NCBI GenBank assembly: GCA_947623925.1 | Contig: CANQID010000002.1 | Location: 25,823 to 89,822, forward strand | Direction: 5' to 3' | Length of the DNA: 64,000 nt | DNA from: an uncultured Bacilli bacterium | Lineage (GTDB): Bacteria > Bacillota_I > Bacilli_A > RF39 > UBA660 | In this document: positions 40,026-50,124 of the stretch, piece by piece | Position numbering within the stretch: the first letter of the stretch is position 1 | Layout: each line of letters begins with the position of its first letter | Made by a program: the position numbers and the translations under genes | The notes under the pieces: generated by a model | What the model was told of the DNA's origin: nothing | Databases searched by the model: none | The model's input: the letters and a program-made list of their open reading frames with translations, nothing else

Positions 40026-41243
40026 ATGAAGAGTTTAAAGAAAGTATTTGTATTATTTTTAACAACTATGTTTATTTGTGGTTGTAGTATGAAATCGGAA
40101 TTTTCAATGAATATAAAAAGTGACAAGTCAATGGATTTTTCGGTTTTAATGGCTGTTGATGATAAGTTGATGAATGCTATGATGTCTATGCAAAATAGTT
40201 CAGAAGATGAACAATCAAAGGAATATACTGAAGAAGAAAAATGGAAATTTTTAGAGTCTAGTATTTCTGAACAATATTCTTCAGAAGGTTTTGAAAAAGA
40301 AAGATATGAACAAGATGAATATAAAGGTATTAAATTAAGTAAAAAAATTTCTAATATAGATGATATAACAGGTGATACAATCAACTTTAGTTTTGAAAAT
40401 TATGCTAATATTGATAAATCAATAGTGTTTGTAAAAAATGGCGATAAATATAAAGCTACGCTAACTTCAGAAGGGCTTGTTAATGTAGGTTCAGAAAACT
40501 CAGGTGACAATTCTTACGATATGTCTGATATTGATTATGATGTAAAATTTATCGTTACTTTACCAAATAAACCAATATCTCATAATGCTACTAGTGTATC
40601 TAGCGATGGAAAAACATTAACTTGGGATTTGTCAAATGCAAATGAAATAAGTAATATGGAATTTGAATTTTCATTTCAAAATAATAACTTTATTATATAT
40701 TTAGTAATAGGTGTTGTAGGAGCTATAGTAATAGCAGGAGTAATATTTATTATATTAAAACGCAAAAAAAACAATTCAAATATAAATAATTCAGGTAATC
40801 AAAATTTTGGAGAACCAATAAATCAAGTAAATTTGGCATCAACAGTAGAGCAACCAATAAATCAAATAAATCAGGCATCAACAGTAGATCAACCAATAAA
40901 TCAAATAAATCAGGCACCAATAGTAGAACAACCAGTAAATCAAGTAAATCAGGCACCAATAGTAGAGCAACCAATAAATCAAATAAATCAGGCACCAATA
41001 GTAGAGCAACCAGTAAATCAAATAAATCCGACGCTAATAGTGGAGCAACCAATAAATCAAGTAAATCAGGCACCAATAGTAGAACAACCAGTAAATCAAG
41101 TAAATCAGACACCAATAGTGGAACAATCAAGTACTATAGATATAAATTCAATGATAGAACAGTCAATTGATGTAAGCAATGTACAAAATTCTCAGTTACA
41201 AAATAATACTACTGGAAATAATGATGATACAAATATAAAATAA
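40026..41243 (+). CDS. Lipoprotein/membrane protein with C-terminal 13-aa tandem repeats
   Basis: Lipobox 'FICGC', a TM 'IIYLVIGVVGAIVIAGVIFIIL', then about 8 copies of 'PINQ(I/V)NQAPIVEQ'. Confidence 0.55.
   Translation: MKSLKKVFVLFLTTMFICGCSMKSEFSMNIKSDKSMDFSVLMAVDDKLMNAMMSMQNSSEDEQSKEYTEEEKWKFLESSISEQYSSEGFEKERYEQDEYKGIKLSKKISNIDDITGDTINFSFENYANIDKSIVFVKNGDKYKATLTSEGLVNVGSENSGDNSYDMSDIDYDVKFIVTLPNKPISHNATSVSSDGKTLTWDLSNANEISNMEFEFSFQNNNFIIYLVIGVVGAIVIAGVIFIILKRKKNNSNINNSGNQNFGEPINQVNLASTVEQPINQINQASTVDQPINQINQAPIVEQPVNQVNQAPIVEQPINQINQAPIVEQPVNQINPTLIVEQPINQVNQAPIVEQPVNQVNQTPIVEQSSTIDINSMIEQSIDVSNVQNSQLQNNTTGNNDDTNIK
40816..41127. repeat. Tandem 39-bp in-frame repeat, about 8 copies
   Basis: 'caaccaataaatcaaataaatcaggcaccaatagtagag' and variants, seen directly. 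Confidence 0.85.
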
Positions 41244-41326
41244 AATATATTAAAATAAATCAAGTTTACTTGGTTTATTTTTTTCATATTTTAATTTATT
41301 TTTAATATAATTAATTGGGTGATTTT

Positions 41327-42094
41327 ATGGATTTTGAAATAGGAGATTTGGTAACAAGAAATTCCCATAATAATGATTTAATATTTATTATTACGGATGT
41401 AATTGATGATATATATTATTTAAAAGGAGTAAATATAAGATTAATTGCTGATGCTGAAAAGGAAGATTTGAAACTATATGAGGATGGAGATATTGAGGAA
41501 GAACAAGAATTTTTAGATAGAATAAAACCAACAAATGATTTAGATAGAAGTGATTACTTTTATCTTCCAGGTAAAATACTTCATATAGATGGTGACAAAG
41601 AATATTTAGATAGGTGTTTAAAGTATTATGAAGAAGCTAATATTTGGGCAATGGGAATAAATGAAACAGAAGAAAATATTCCTTTTAAAATAAGAGAGTT
41701 ATTGGAAGAGTATAGACCAAATATAGTAATAATAACAGGGCATGATGCTTACTATAAAAATAGAAATGGAGAATATAAAAATAGTGATAACTTTGTTAAT
41801 GCAGTAAAAGAAGCAAGAAAATATGAAAAAGAACATGATAAATTAATAATAATAGCTGGTGCTTGTCAATCAAATTATGAGGAATTAATAAGAGCAGGCG
41901 CTAATTTTGCATCTAGTCCTAAAAGAATAAATATACATGCTTTAGATCCTGCAATAATTGCTACTAAAATAAGTCTAACAGATGTAAATAAAGAAATAGA
42001 TGTAAAAGCAATATTAAAAGAAACAAAATATGGGGAATCTGGAATAGGTGGAATAATTACGAAAGGGACCATGTATGTTGGTTATCCTAGATAG
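41327..42094 (+). CDS. yabG: Sporulation-specific protease YabG
   Basis: 'MDFEIGDLVTRNSHNNDLIFIITDV...IRLIADAE' matches the YabG N-terminal signature. It is followed by veg as in Bacillus. Confidence 0.65.
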   Translation: MDFEIGDLVTRNSHNNDLIFIITDVIDDIYYLKGVNIRLIADAEKEDLKLYEDGDIEEEQEFLDRIKPTNDLDRSDYFYLPGKILHIDGDKEYLDRCLKYYEEANIWAMGINETEENIPFKIRELLEEYRPNIVIITGHDAYYKNRNGEYKNSDNFVNAVKEARKYEKEHDKLIIIAGACQSNYEELIRAGANFASSPKRINIHALDPAIIATKISLTDVNKEIDVKAILKETKYGESGIGGIITKGTMYVGYPR

Positions 42095-42102
42095 GAGATA
42101 AA

Positions 42103-42324
42103 ATGAAATTAGAAGAGATAAAGACTAAACTTAATGAATATGTTGGTAAAAAAGTTACAATAAAATATAATTTAGGTAGAAATAAATTTGAAGAATATGA
42201 TGTAAGAATAAAAGAATTATATAATAATGTTTTTTTAGTTGAACTTGATAATAACGAAAATAAAGAAATAAAATCTTTCTCATATACAGATATAATTACA
42301 AAAACAATAAAAATAAATTATTAG
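42103..42324 (+). CDS. veg: Veg protein
   Basis: 73 aa with 'KVTIKYNLGRNKFEEYDVRIKELYNNVFLVELDNNENKEIKSFSYTDII', matching the Veg family. Confidence 0.7.
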   Translation: MKLEEIKTKLNEYVGKKVTIKYNLGRNKFEEYDVRIKELYNNVFLVELDNNENKEIKSFSYTDIITKTIKINY

Positions 42325-42441
42325 TGCAAAATAATGTAAAATAATGGAAAAATGTATTGATTTTTAATGTTTCATATTATATAATCAAATTGTAACATAT
42401 GAACAATGTAAATTTTGCATTGACTGAAGGGAGAGATTTGC

Positions 42442-42699
42442 TTGAAAATTACATCTGTAAATGTTCGTAAAGTTGAAAAAGAAGATTCAAGAATGAAAGG
42501 AATAGCATCTGTTTTAATAGATGATTGCTTTGCAGTTCATGATATTAGAATCATTGAAGGAGATAATGGGTTATTTATTGCAATGCCTAGTCGTAAAACT
42601 GCAACAGGTGGTTATAGAGATATAGCACATCCAATAAATCAAGAAATAAGAACTCTATTTGAACAAGAAATTTTAAAAGCATATAATGAAGCTGAATAA
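42442..42699 (+). CDS. spoVG: Septation/sporulation regulator SpoVG
   Basis: 'MKITSVNVRKVEKEDSRMKGIASVLIDDCFAVHDIRIIEGDNGLFIAMPSRKT...DIAHPIN' is highly conserved SpoVG sequence. It has a TTG start. Confidence 0.85.
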   Translation: MKITSVNVRKVEKEDSRMKGIASVLIDDCFAVHDIRIIEGDNGLFIAMPSRKTATGGYRDIAHPINQEIRTLFEQEILKAYNEAE

Positions 42700-42763
42700 A
42701 CTCTTATAGAGTTTTTTTCATATATATTTTTTTAGTACATATAATTTTATAGGAGGAAATTAT

Positions 42764-43048
42764 ATGGACAAGGATAACATATCATTAAATCATAGTATTG
42801 TAATTAATGAAAGAAAAAATATAAATTTAACAGGGGTAAAAAAAATTGATAATTTTGATAATGAAGAATTTTTAATGGAAACAAATATGGGATATATTAT
42901 AATAAAAGGTGAAGATTTAGAAATAGTAAAATTGGATACTTATCAAGGAAATGTAATGATAAAAGGGAAGGTAAATAGTTTAGCGTATGTAGATGGAAAT
43001 AATAAAAAAAATAAGGAAGATGGGATTTTTAGTAAACTATTTAAATGA
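42764..43048 (+). CDS. yabP: Sporulation protein YabP
   Basis: About 94 aa, with the yabP-yabQ-divIC gene order following spoVG. Confidence 0.55.
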   Translation: MDKDNISLNHSIVINERKNINLTGVKKIDNFDNEEFLMETNMGYIIIKGEDLEIVKLDTYQGNVMIKGKVNSLAYVDGNNKKNKEDGIFSKLFK

Positions 43049-43332
43049 TGAATATTAATATACAATTTGTTACAATAGGTATTTCATTTTTATTTGGAAT
43101 ATTATTTTCATTACAATTATCTTTAACATATAAATTTATTTATTCAAATAAAAAATTTTATAAAATAATTTTTACCTTTTTACTCGTCTTTGTTAATACA
43201 TTATTATATTTTATATTATTAAAAAAATTTAATAATGGAATTTTACATCCATATGGAATTATTTTTATAATAATAGGTTTTATTGTAGAAATATTTGTTA
43301 AAACATTAGTTGTAAAAAGATTTCATAGATGA
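43045..43332 (+). CDS. yabQ: Spore cortex biosynthesis membrane protein YabQ
   Basis: 95 aa with 3 TMs, overlapping the yabP stop. Confidence 0.5.
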   Translation: MMNINIQFVTIGISFLFGILFSLQLSLTYKFIYSNKKFYKIIFTFLLVFVNTLLYFILLKKFNNGILHPYGIIFIIIGFIVEIFVKTLVVKRFHR

Positions 43333-43361
43333 TATAATTTATCATAAGGTAGGTGTGTTAA

Positions 43362-43781
43362 ATGGTAAAAAGAAAGGTTACAAAAAAATCAAAAAGAAGA
43401 TTAGCCATTTTTGGCACACTTTCCATAGTTATGATTGTGTATGCAATATTTACTACTATATATTATGGTGCAAATTTGTTTAAAGTAAAAAATGAAAAAA
43501 AATCGTTAGAAACTCAATTAAAAGATTTACAAAATGATGAAGAAAATTTAAGGATTGAAATTCAAAAATTAAAAGATCCAGAATATGTTGCAAGGTATGC
43601 TCGTGAAAACTATTTATACTCAAAAGATGGAGAATATATTATTAAACTGGACTCAAATGAAGAAACAAAAGAGCCAGAAAAAGTAGAAGATAATAATTAT
43701 ATATATTATGCAATAGTTGGAGTTTGCGTCATAGTTATATTAGTAATAATAATTCCTAAAAAAAGAAAGCCTGCAAAGTAA
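43362..43781 (+). CDS. divIC: Septum formation initiator (DivIC/FtsB family)
   Basis: N-terminal TM, a coiled coil 'LETQLKDLQNDEENLRIEIQKLKDPEYVARYARENY', in the position after yabQ. Confidence 0.55.
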   Translation: MVKRKVTKKSKRRLAIFGTLSIVMIVYAIFTTIYYGANLFKVKNEKKSLETQLKDLQNDEENLRIEIQKLKDPEYVARYARENYLYSKDGEYIIKLDSNEETKEPEKVEDNNYIYYAIVGVCVIVILVIIIPKKRKPAK

Positions 43782-43791
43782 ATTGCAGGTT

Positions 43792-44334
43792 TTATAATCT
43801 AAAATCATTTATAATTTCATCATCCATATTTTTTCCATCATAATATGTTTTTTTCTTGTATCTAAATATTAAAGCAACTAAAACTGATGGAAAAGAATGA
43901 GCATATTTGTTATAATCAGTTATTATGTCATTATAATATTTTCTTAAAGCAGACATTTCAACTTCAGATTCACGTATTTCTAAATCTATTTTCATAAATT
44001 CTTCATTTTCTTTTAAATTACTATGTCTTTCTTTAATAACATTAAATTCATTAATGCATTCATATAACTTTCTATCTAATTCAAAATTACTTAATTTTTT
44101 ACTTCTTAAATTAGCTATATTTTCAAGTACATCAGTTTCTTTTGTATTTTCTTTTATTATACCAATTGATTTATTTAAAAGGTCATATCTTTTTCTTAAA
44201 GTAGTATCAATATTTTCCTCAGCAGCATTAGATCTTATAATTAATTCTTGAAACTTGTTATAACAACTAGTTCCCCATAGGATAACTAAACATCCAATTA
44301 TAAGAGTAATTAAAGTAATTGTAAATATAAACAT
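43792..44334 (-). CDS. lemA: LemA family membrane protein
   Basis: N-terminal TM, then 'YNKFQELIIRSNAAEENIDTTLRKRYDLLN', the typical LemA start. Confidence 0.6.
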   Translation of the reverse strand: MFIFTITLITLIIGCLVILWGTSCYNKFQELIIRSNAAEENIDTTLRKRYDLLNKSIGIIKENTKETDVLENIANLRSKKLSNFELDRKLYECINEFNVIKERHSNLKENEEFMKIDLEIRESEVEMSALRKYYNDIITDYNKYAHSFPSVLVALIFRYKKKTYYDGKNMDDEIINDFRL

Positions 44335-44375
44335 ACTATCACCTTAATTAATTATAGCAAACTAGAACTTAAAAA

Positions 44376-44729
44376 TCAATTATTTGGTATAAATTCTTGA
44401 CTATAGTTTATTTGTTCATCAAATGTAATAAAATCAACATATATCATTAGCAATAAATACCAGTTACCTGTTGTTGGATCACTTAATATTATATGGTCCC
44501 TTCCAGATTGTTCTATAACACCTCTAAATTCTCTATCCCTAAATTCATTTGAATCTGGAAATGTCATGTGTACAGTAACCTTTTTACCTTTATTTAACCT
44601 CAAAATATTTTCAATATAAGATTGTTCCATAGGTAATTCAGTATTATTTACAATTGATTGATTTGGAGTTGGTATATTTCCTGTATATAATGGATTACCT
44701 GGAAATATATTTTTGTAAGCATTATTCAC
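44376..44729 (-). CDS. gerQ: Spore coat protein GerQ
   Basis: C-terminal domain 'MEQSYIENILRLNKGKKVTVHMTF...GRDHIILSDPTTGNWYLLLMIYVDFITFDE' matches the GerQ/YwdL core. Confidence 0.6.
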   Translation of the reverse strand: MNNAYKNIFPGNPLYTGNIPTPNQSIVNNTELPMEQSYIENILRLNKGKKVTVHMTFPDSNEFRDREFRGVIEQSGRDHIILSDPTTGNWYLLLMIYVDFITFDEQINYSQEFIPNN

Positions 44730-44814
44730 AATATCATTCCTTTCATTTAAATATATTATTAATACATTATTTTATGATATTAATATTAAAAATATGGTAT
44801 AATTTTTATGGAGA

Positions 44815-45390
44815 GTGGAGTATATGGAAATAAAAGTAGGTGTATCAAATAGACATATACATTTATGTAAAAATGATTTAGAAATATTGTTTGGAAAAGA
44901 TTATAAACTTACAAAATTAAAAGATTTAACACAACCAGGTCAATTTGCTTGTAACGAAATTGTTACAATAAAAACAGAGAAAAACGAAATATCAAAAGTT
45001 AGAATAATTGGTCCTATTAGAAATTATACTCAAGTAGAAATTTCAAAAACTGATTCATATGTATTAGGAATAGATCCACCAATTAGAGATTCTGGAAATT
45101 TAAAAGGTAGTAGCGCCATTACGGTAATAGGACCAAAAGGAAGTATCGATTTGAAAGAAGGATGTATTATATCTAATAGACATATACATGCAACAAAAAA
45201 AGATATAAAAAAATATAATTTAGACGGATCTAAATTATATGATGTAATAATAAAAGGTGAAAAAGGTGGAGTAATAAGTGGAGTTAAAATTAAAGTAGAT
45301 GATAATTATTCATTTGAGTTACATATAGATACTGATGATGCAAATGCACATCTTGTTAAAAGTGGAGATATATTAGAACTTAAAAATTAA
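44815..45390 (+). CDS. pduL: Phosphate propanoyltransferase PduL-family phosphotransacylase
   Basis: 'KVGVSNRHIHL' and a second 'ISNRHIHAT' repeat show the duplicated PduL fold. About 190 aa. Confidence 0.6.
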   Translation: MEYMEIKVGVSNRHIHLCKNDLEILFGKDYKLTKLKDLTQPGQFACNEIVTIKTEKNEISKVRIIGPIRNYTQVEISKTDSYVLGIDPPIRDSGNLKGSSAITVIGPKGSIDLKEGCIISNRHIHATKKDIKKYNLDGSKLYDVIIKGEKGGVISGVKIKVDDNYSFELHIDTDDANAHLVKSGDILELKN

Positions 45391-47358
45391 TTATTGTACT
45401 TTTATAGTAGGAATAGAATCATCAAGTGAAACTTGTTTGCTAGTTGGTTCTGTTCCTTTTATATAATATAGTATTTTTTTATTTTTTGTTTTTTCTGTTG
45501 CAAGTTCACCACTTATTGGATCAACTAGAACACCAACAACATTAGATGGTATTTCATACCAATTATCATCTTTATCTTTTAAACAATTTTCAATTGTTTC
45601 AATCCATATATTTTGTGAGATTTTTCTATCTTCTGTAGGTGTTTGTTTATTATCATCGTATCCAGTCCAAACACCAACAACTAAATCTTTATTATATCCA
45701 AATATTAATCTATCATAGTCTGTAGTACCAGTTTTTATTGCATATTTTTTAGTCATTTTGTCTTTATAATTTATCATAGTAGGGTAACTATAATCATTAA
45801 AACTAGGAGAGTAAGTGTTAGTTAGAAGTTCATTTAATATAAATACTAAACTTTTATTTAAAACATTAGTTTTATCTTCTTCATGTTGATATAAAATATT
45901 TCCTTCTAAATCTGTTACTTTTTCTATTAAATATCCATCAACTTTATATCCTTCATTTGCAAATGTAGAATATGCCTCAGTCATATCTACTAAATTTATT
46001 TCTTGTGAACCTAATGCAAGAGATGGTACCGGATTTAATTTTTCATTTATTCCTATTCTATTTCCTAAATTTACTAAAGTTTCCTCACCTAAAAATAAAT
46101 GAGTTTTAACTGCATATATATTATCAGAATAAGCAATCGCTGTTGCCATTGTTATAGGTTTTTCTGCATATATGTTTCCATAATTTTGTGGACTATATGT
46201 TTTATCATTAGCAAATGTAAAAGTTGTTTGTTCGCTTGTAAAAGTGGTACTTGAAGTAAATCCATTTTCAAGTGCGGCATAATATAAAAAAGGTTTCATT
46301 GTAGAGCCAACTTGTCTTTTAGAATTAGTGGCTCTATTATATTGACTTTTAGAATAATTTTTCCCACCTACGAGCGCTAAAATCTTGCCAGTATTTGGAT
46401 CCATTACAACACTTGCAACTTCTATTTCTTCATTCTCATTTGTATTTTTTTTAACACTTTCTTCTAATATTTTTTGATAGTCCAAATTTATATTTGTATA
46501 TATTTTTAAACCACCTGTTTCTAAAAATGAAGTCGGAATTGTTTTAATACTTTTTAGTTCTTCAATAACTGCATCTTGATAATACATTACGGATGATATA
46601 TCACTTAAAGGATTTTTTCCATAAAATACTAATTGTTCATTTAATGCTTCATTTTCTTCTTCTTGTGTTATATATTTATTTTCTACCATAGAATCTAAAA
46701 TAGTTTTTTGTCTTGCCTTTGCGTTTCCTATATTAGATATTGGATTATAATACACGGGTGATTTAGGTATTCCTGCAAGTATTGTTGCTTCAGCTAAAGT
46801 TAAATCTTTACTACTTTTATTAAAATAATATAGTGATGCATTTTCTATACCAAAAACTCCACCATAGTTAATAGTATTTAAATATCCTTCAAGTATTTCA
46901 TTTTTAGAATAGTGAGATTCTAGTCTAATAGTAAGCCAAGCTTCTTCTATTTTTCTTTCCCAAGTTTTATCAAAAGTTAAAAATAAATTTTTTGCGTATT
47001 GTTGTGTAATAGTAGAAGCACCTTGTATATTTTTTCCACTTTTAAAATTTATATATAAAGATTTTAGTATTCTTAAATAATCAAAACCTATATGTTCATA
47101 AAAGTGTTTATCTTCAATAGATATAGTTGCGTTTATTAAATTTTGTGAAATATCACCTAAACTAACCCAGTTGTCATTGTTTCCATTGTATAAATTTTCG
47201 TTTACATCGTAAAAATAATAATTATTAGCTGAATTTATAGAAAGTTTAGGAGTGAGTCTTGCATATACATATAATCCTATATAAAATAAAAGTAAAATAC
47301 CAATTATAATTAAAAAAGTAATAAATATTTTTTTTAAAACTTTCATTTTATCACGCAC
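45391..47358 (-). CDS. Class A penicillin-binding protein (glycosyltransferase GT51 + transpeptidase)
   Basis: GT51 motifs 'IEDKHFYEHIGFD' and 'GASTITQQYAKN'. Transpeptidase motifs 'GSTMKPF' (SxxK), 'SDN' and 'KTGTT'. Confidence 0.85.
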   Translation of the reverse strand: MRDKMKVLKKIFITFLIIIGILLLFYIGLYVYARLTPKLSINSANNYYFYDVNENLYNGNNDNWVSLGDISQNLINATISIEDKHFYEHIGFDYLRILKSLYINFKSGKNIQGASTITQQYAKNLFLTFDKTWERKIEEAWLTIRLESHYSKNEILEGYLNTINYGGVFGIENASLYYFNKSSKDLTLAEATILAGIPKSPVYYNPISNIGNAKARQKTILDSMVENKYITQEEENEALNEQLVFYGKNPLSDISSVMYYQDAVIEELKSIKTIPTSFLETGGLKIYTNINLDYQKILEESVKKNTNENEEIEVASVVMDPNTGKILALVGGKNYSKSQYNRATNSKRQVGSTMKPFLYYAALENGFTSSTTFTSEQTTFTFANDKTYSPQNYGNIYAEKPITMATAIAYSDNIYAVKTHLFLGEETLVNLGNRIGINEKLNPVPSLALGSQEINLVDMTEAYSTFANEGYKVDGYLIEKVTDLEGNILYQHEEDKTNVLNKSLVFILNELLTNTYSPSFNDYSYPTMINYKDKMTKKYAIKTGTTDYDRLIFGYNKDLVVGVWTGYDDNKQTPTEDRKISQNIWIETIENCLKDKDDNWYEIPSNVVGVLVDPISGELATEKTKNKKILYYIKGTEPTSKQVSLDDSIPTIKVQ

Positions 47359-47437
47359 CGTTCTATTGTTATTATTAATAAAATCAACAATTTTATAATA
47401 AAAATTAAAACTAATATAAAAAAATTTAAAATATTAG

Positions 47438-47465
47438 TTGCAAATATCTAGATGTATGCTATAAT
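47438..47465 (+). promoter_or_regulatory. Sigma-A promoter for the ywiB-argS-rpoE operon
   Basis: 'TTGCAA' - 16 nt - 'TGcTATAAT' (extended -10), about 45 bp upstream of the first ATG. Confidence 0.55.
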
Positions 47466-47490
47466 TAATGCGGGAAAAAGTAGGTGATGT

Positions 47491-47853
47491 ATGCCAAAAA
47501 TAAAAATAAAAGTTTCACTTACTTGTAATGAAAGTATAATATATAATGACCATAAGTTTATAGGAATAAAAACATCAAATGAAATAAAATACAAAGAAAA
47601 TGATGTAATGGTTACTATTAAAATAAATGGAAATCAAATTGAAATGCAAAGATTAAATGACGAATATAAATTAGATTTAATTTTCATAGAAAATAAAGAA
47701 ACAATTTGTTTATATGAACTTAATAAATATGGTACTATAAAGTTAAAATTATTTACAAAAAAAATAATTTGTGATAATCATATTAGTATAGAATATTATA
47801 TAAATAAACAAGATGAACTTTATAAATTTGATTTATACTATGAGGTGATATAG
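47491..47853 (+). CDS. DUF1934-like small protein (YwiB-like) preceding argS
   Basis: 120 aa, overlapping the argS start as in the Bacillus ywiB-argS arrangement. No catalytic motif was found. Confidence 0.4.
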   Translation: MPKIKIKVSLTCNESIIYNDHKFIGIKTSNEIKYKENDVMVTIKINGNQIEMQRLNDEYKLDLIFIENKETICLYELNKYGTIKLKLFTKKIICDNHISIEYYINKQDELYKFDLYYEVI

Positions 47854-49523
47854 TGGACATAAAAGAACAATTAAAAAATGATGTATACGAAGTATTAAAA
47901 GATTATGTAAAAAAAGAAGATATAATTATAGAAAAACCTAAAATGAGGCAAATGGGAGATTATGCTTTACCTTGTTTTACATATTCAAAAATACTTAAAA
48001 AATCTCCAAATGATATAGCTAATTTAATAAAAGAAAATTTAAAAAATTATGAAATTAATGTAATAAATGGATATGCTAATGTATTTATAAATAAAAAAGA
48101 TTTTTCTAAAAACATATTAAATAAAATATTACTTGATAAAGAAAATTATGGTAGTTCAAATATAGGTAATAATAAAAAAATAGTAATTGAATATTCATCC
48201 CCTAATGTAGCAAAACCATTTGGAGTAGGGCATTTAAGAAGTACTGCAATAGGTGAGGCTTTAAAAAATATATGCTTAAAAACAGGATATAAAGTTTATA
48301 CAATAAATTACTTAGGTGATTATGGAACACAATTTGGAAAACTTATATATGCTTATAAAAAATGGGGAAATGAAGAAGAAGTTAAAAAAAATCCAATTGT
48401 TGAACTTAAAAAACTTTATGTTAAGTTTCATGAGGAAGCAATTACTAATCCATCTCTTGAAGATGAAGGAAGAAAATGGTTTAAAAAGTTAGCTGAAAAT
48501 GATAGTGAGGCTTTAGAACTTTGGAATTGGTTTAAAGAAGAATCAATAAAAGAATATGAAAAAACTTATAACTTGTTAGGAATAAATAAATTTGATTCAT
48601 ATATAGGAGAATCATATTATAAAGATGCTTGTAATGAAGTTGTAAAAGAAATAGAACAAAAAGGTCTTTCTAAAATAAGTGAAGGCGCAACTATAGTAGA
48701 TTTAGGAGAAGATAAAGTACCTGCTATTATTAAAAAAAGCGATGGAACTACTCTTTATATAACTAGAGATATTGCTGCTCTATTAGATAGAAAAAAAACA
48801 TATGATTTTGATGAGATGTTATATGTAGTAGGAACTGAACAAAAGTTGCATTTTGAACAATTAAAAGAAGTATTAAATAAAATGGGATATGATTATAATA
48901 TTACTCATATTGGATTTGGAATGGTTTTACAAGATGGTAAGAAAATGTCTACTAGAGGAGGTAAAACTGCTTCATTAGAAAGTTTATTAAATGATTCTAT
49001 TGATTTAGCTCGAAAAATAATAGATGAAAAAAACCCTAATTTAAAAAATAAAGAAGAAGTTATAAAACAAGTAGGTGTAGGCGCTGTAATATTTAATGAT
49101 TTAAAAAATTATAGAATCAATGACATAGAATTTAAATTAGAGGATATATTAAAATTTGAAGGTGAAACAGGTCCTTATGTTCAATATACACATGCAAGGA
49201 TAAATTCACTTATAAAAAATATGAATAATATTAACATAAATTATGATTTAATAAATATTAATGAATATGAATGGAATGTATTATTTAGTCTAGGGGAATT
49301 TAAAGATGTTATTGTTAAATCAAAACTTAATTATGACCCTAGTTTGATTGCTAAATATATAATTGATTTAGCCCAAGATTTTAATAAGTTATATGCTAAT
49401 TATAAATTTATAATTGAAGATGAAAATTTAATGGAATTTAGATTACAAATAGCTTACTGTACTAAAATAATTCTTAAAGAAGGAATGCGTTTACTTGGAA
49501 TAAATGCACCAGATGAAATGTAG
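47853..49523 (+). CDS. argS: Arginyl-tRNA synthetase
   Basis: 'SSPNVAKPFGVGHLRS' (HIGH region), 'MSTRGG' (KMSK-like), 556 aa. Confidence 0.9.
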   Translation: MDIKEQLKNDVYEVLKDYVKKEDIIIEKPKMRQMGDYALPCFTYSKILKKSPNDIANLIKENLKNYEINVINGYANVFINKKDFSKNILNKILLDKENYGSSNIGNNKKIVIEYSSPNVAKPFGVGHLRSTAIGEALKNICLKTGYKVYTINYLGDYGTQFGKLIYAYKKWGNEEEVKKNPIVELKKLYVKFHEEAITNPSLEDEGRKWFKKLAENDSEALELWNWFKEESIKEYEKTYNLLGINKFDSYIGESYYKDACNEVVKEIEQKGLSKISEGATIVDLGEDKVPAIIKKSDGTTLYITRDIAALLDRKKTYDFDEMLYVVGTEQKLHFEQLKEVLNKMGYDYNITHIGFGMVLQDGKKMSTRGGKTASLESLLNDSIDLARKIIDEKNPNLKNKEEVIKQVGVGAVIFNDLKNYRINDIEFKLEDILKFEGETGPYVQYTHARINSLIKNMNNININYDLININEYEWNVLFSLGEFKDVIVKSKLNYDPSLIAKYIIDLAQDFNKLYANYKFIIEDENLMEFRLQIAYCTKIILKEGMRLLGINAPDEM

Positions 49524-49533
49524 GAGGAAAAAT

Positions 49534-49971
49534 ATGAAATTAAAAAACATGACTAAGGAAGAAATTGAGGCTCTTTCTTACACTGATTTAACTTTTATTT
49601 TATTAACTGAAAACAGGAAACCAATGACAACAGCAGAAATTTTTAAAAAAATATGTGAACTTTTAGATTTTACTGATGAAGAATACTCAGAAAAAATAGG
49701 AGACTTTTATACATCACTTACTATAGATAAAAGATTTGTTTTACTTGATGATGCTAAATGGGATTTAAGACAAAACCATGCAATAGAAATAACTGTTGAT
49801 GAAGATGATGAGGATATAGAGGAAGAAGAACAAGAAGAAGATATTGAAGATGATGAAACAGAAGAAGATGATAGTATAGAAGAATCTATAGATGATGAAG
49901 ATATAGATGTAGATGATGATTTAGATGACTTATCAGTATTACCAGATGAAGAATTAGAAGAAGAAAACTAA
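49534..49971 (+). CDS. rpoE: RNA polymerase delta subunit
   Basis: N-terminal HARE-HTH 'LSYTDLTFILLTENRKPMTTAEIFKKICELL' plus a long Asp/Glu-rich C-terminal tail. The ATG is at 49534 after 'aggagg'. Confidence 0.8.
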   Translation: MKLKNMTKEEIEALSYTDLTFILLTENRKPMTTAEIFKKICELLDFTDEEYSEKIGDFYTSLTIDKRFVLLDDAKWDLRQNHAIEITVDEDDEDIEEEEQEEDIEDDETEEDDSIEESIDDEDIDVDDDLDDLSVLPDEELEEEN

Positions 49972-50124
49972 TTCTTTTTTTTTTATAAAATTATTAATTA
50001 ATAATTTTTATAAATCTGTAAAGTAGATATTAAAAACAATTATTTTTTAAATATTATTTTTATATGATACTTGACAAAAGTTATAAAGTTCATATATTAT
50101 ATACTTAGAATAGGAGAGTTGTAA

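Noticed and set aside
40750-41130. Minus-strand 126-aa ORF with 'LLDLLVV' repeats, and the 39-bp tandem array as a possible CRISPR
   Set aside because: The ORF is the reverse-strand reading of the in-frame 39-bp coding repeats of the 40026 gene. The array has no unique spacers between repeats, so it is not a CRISPR.
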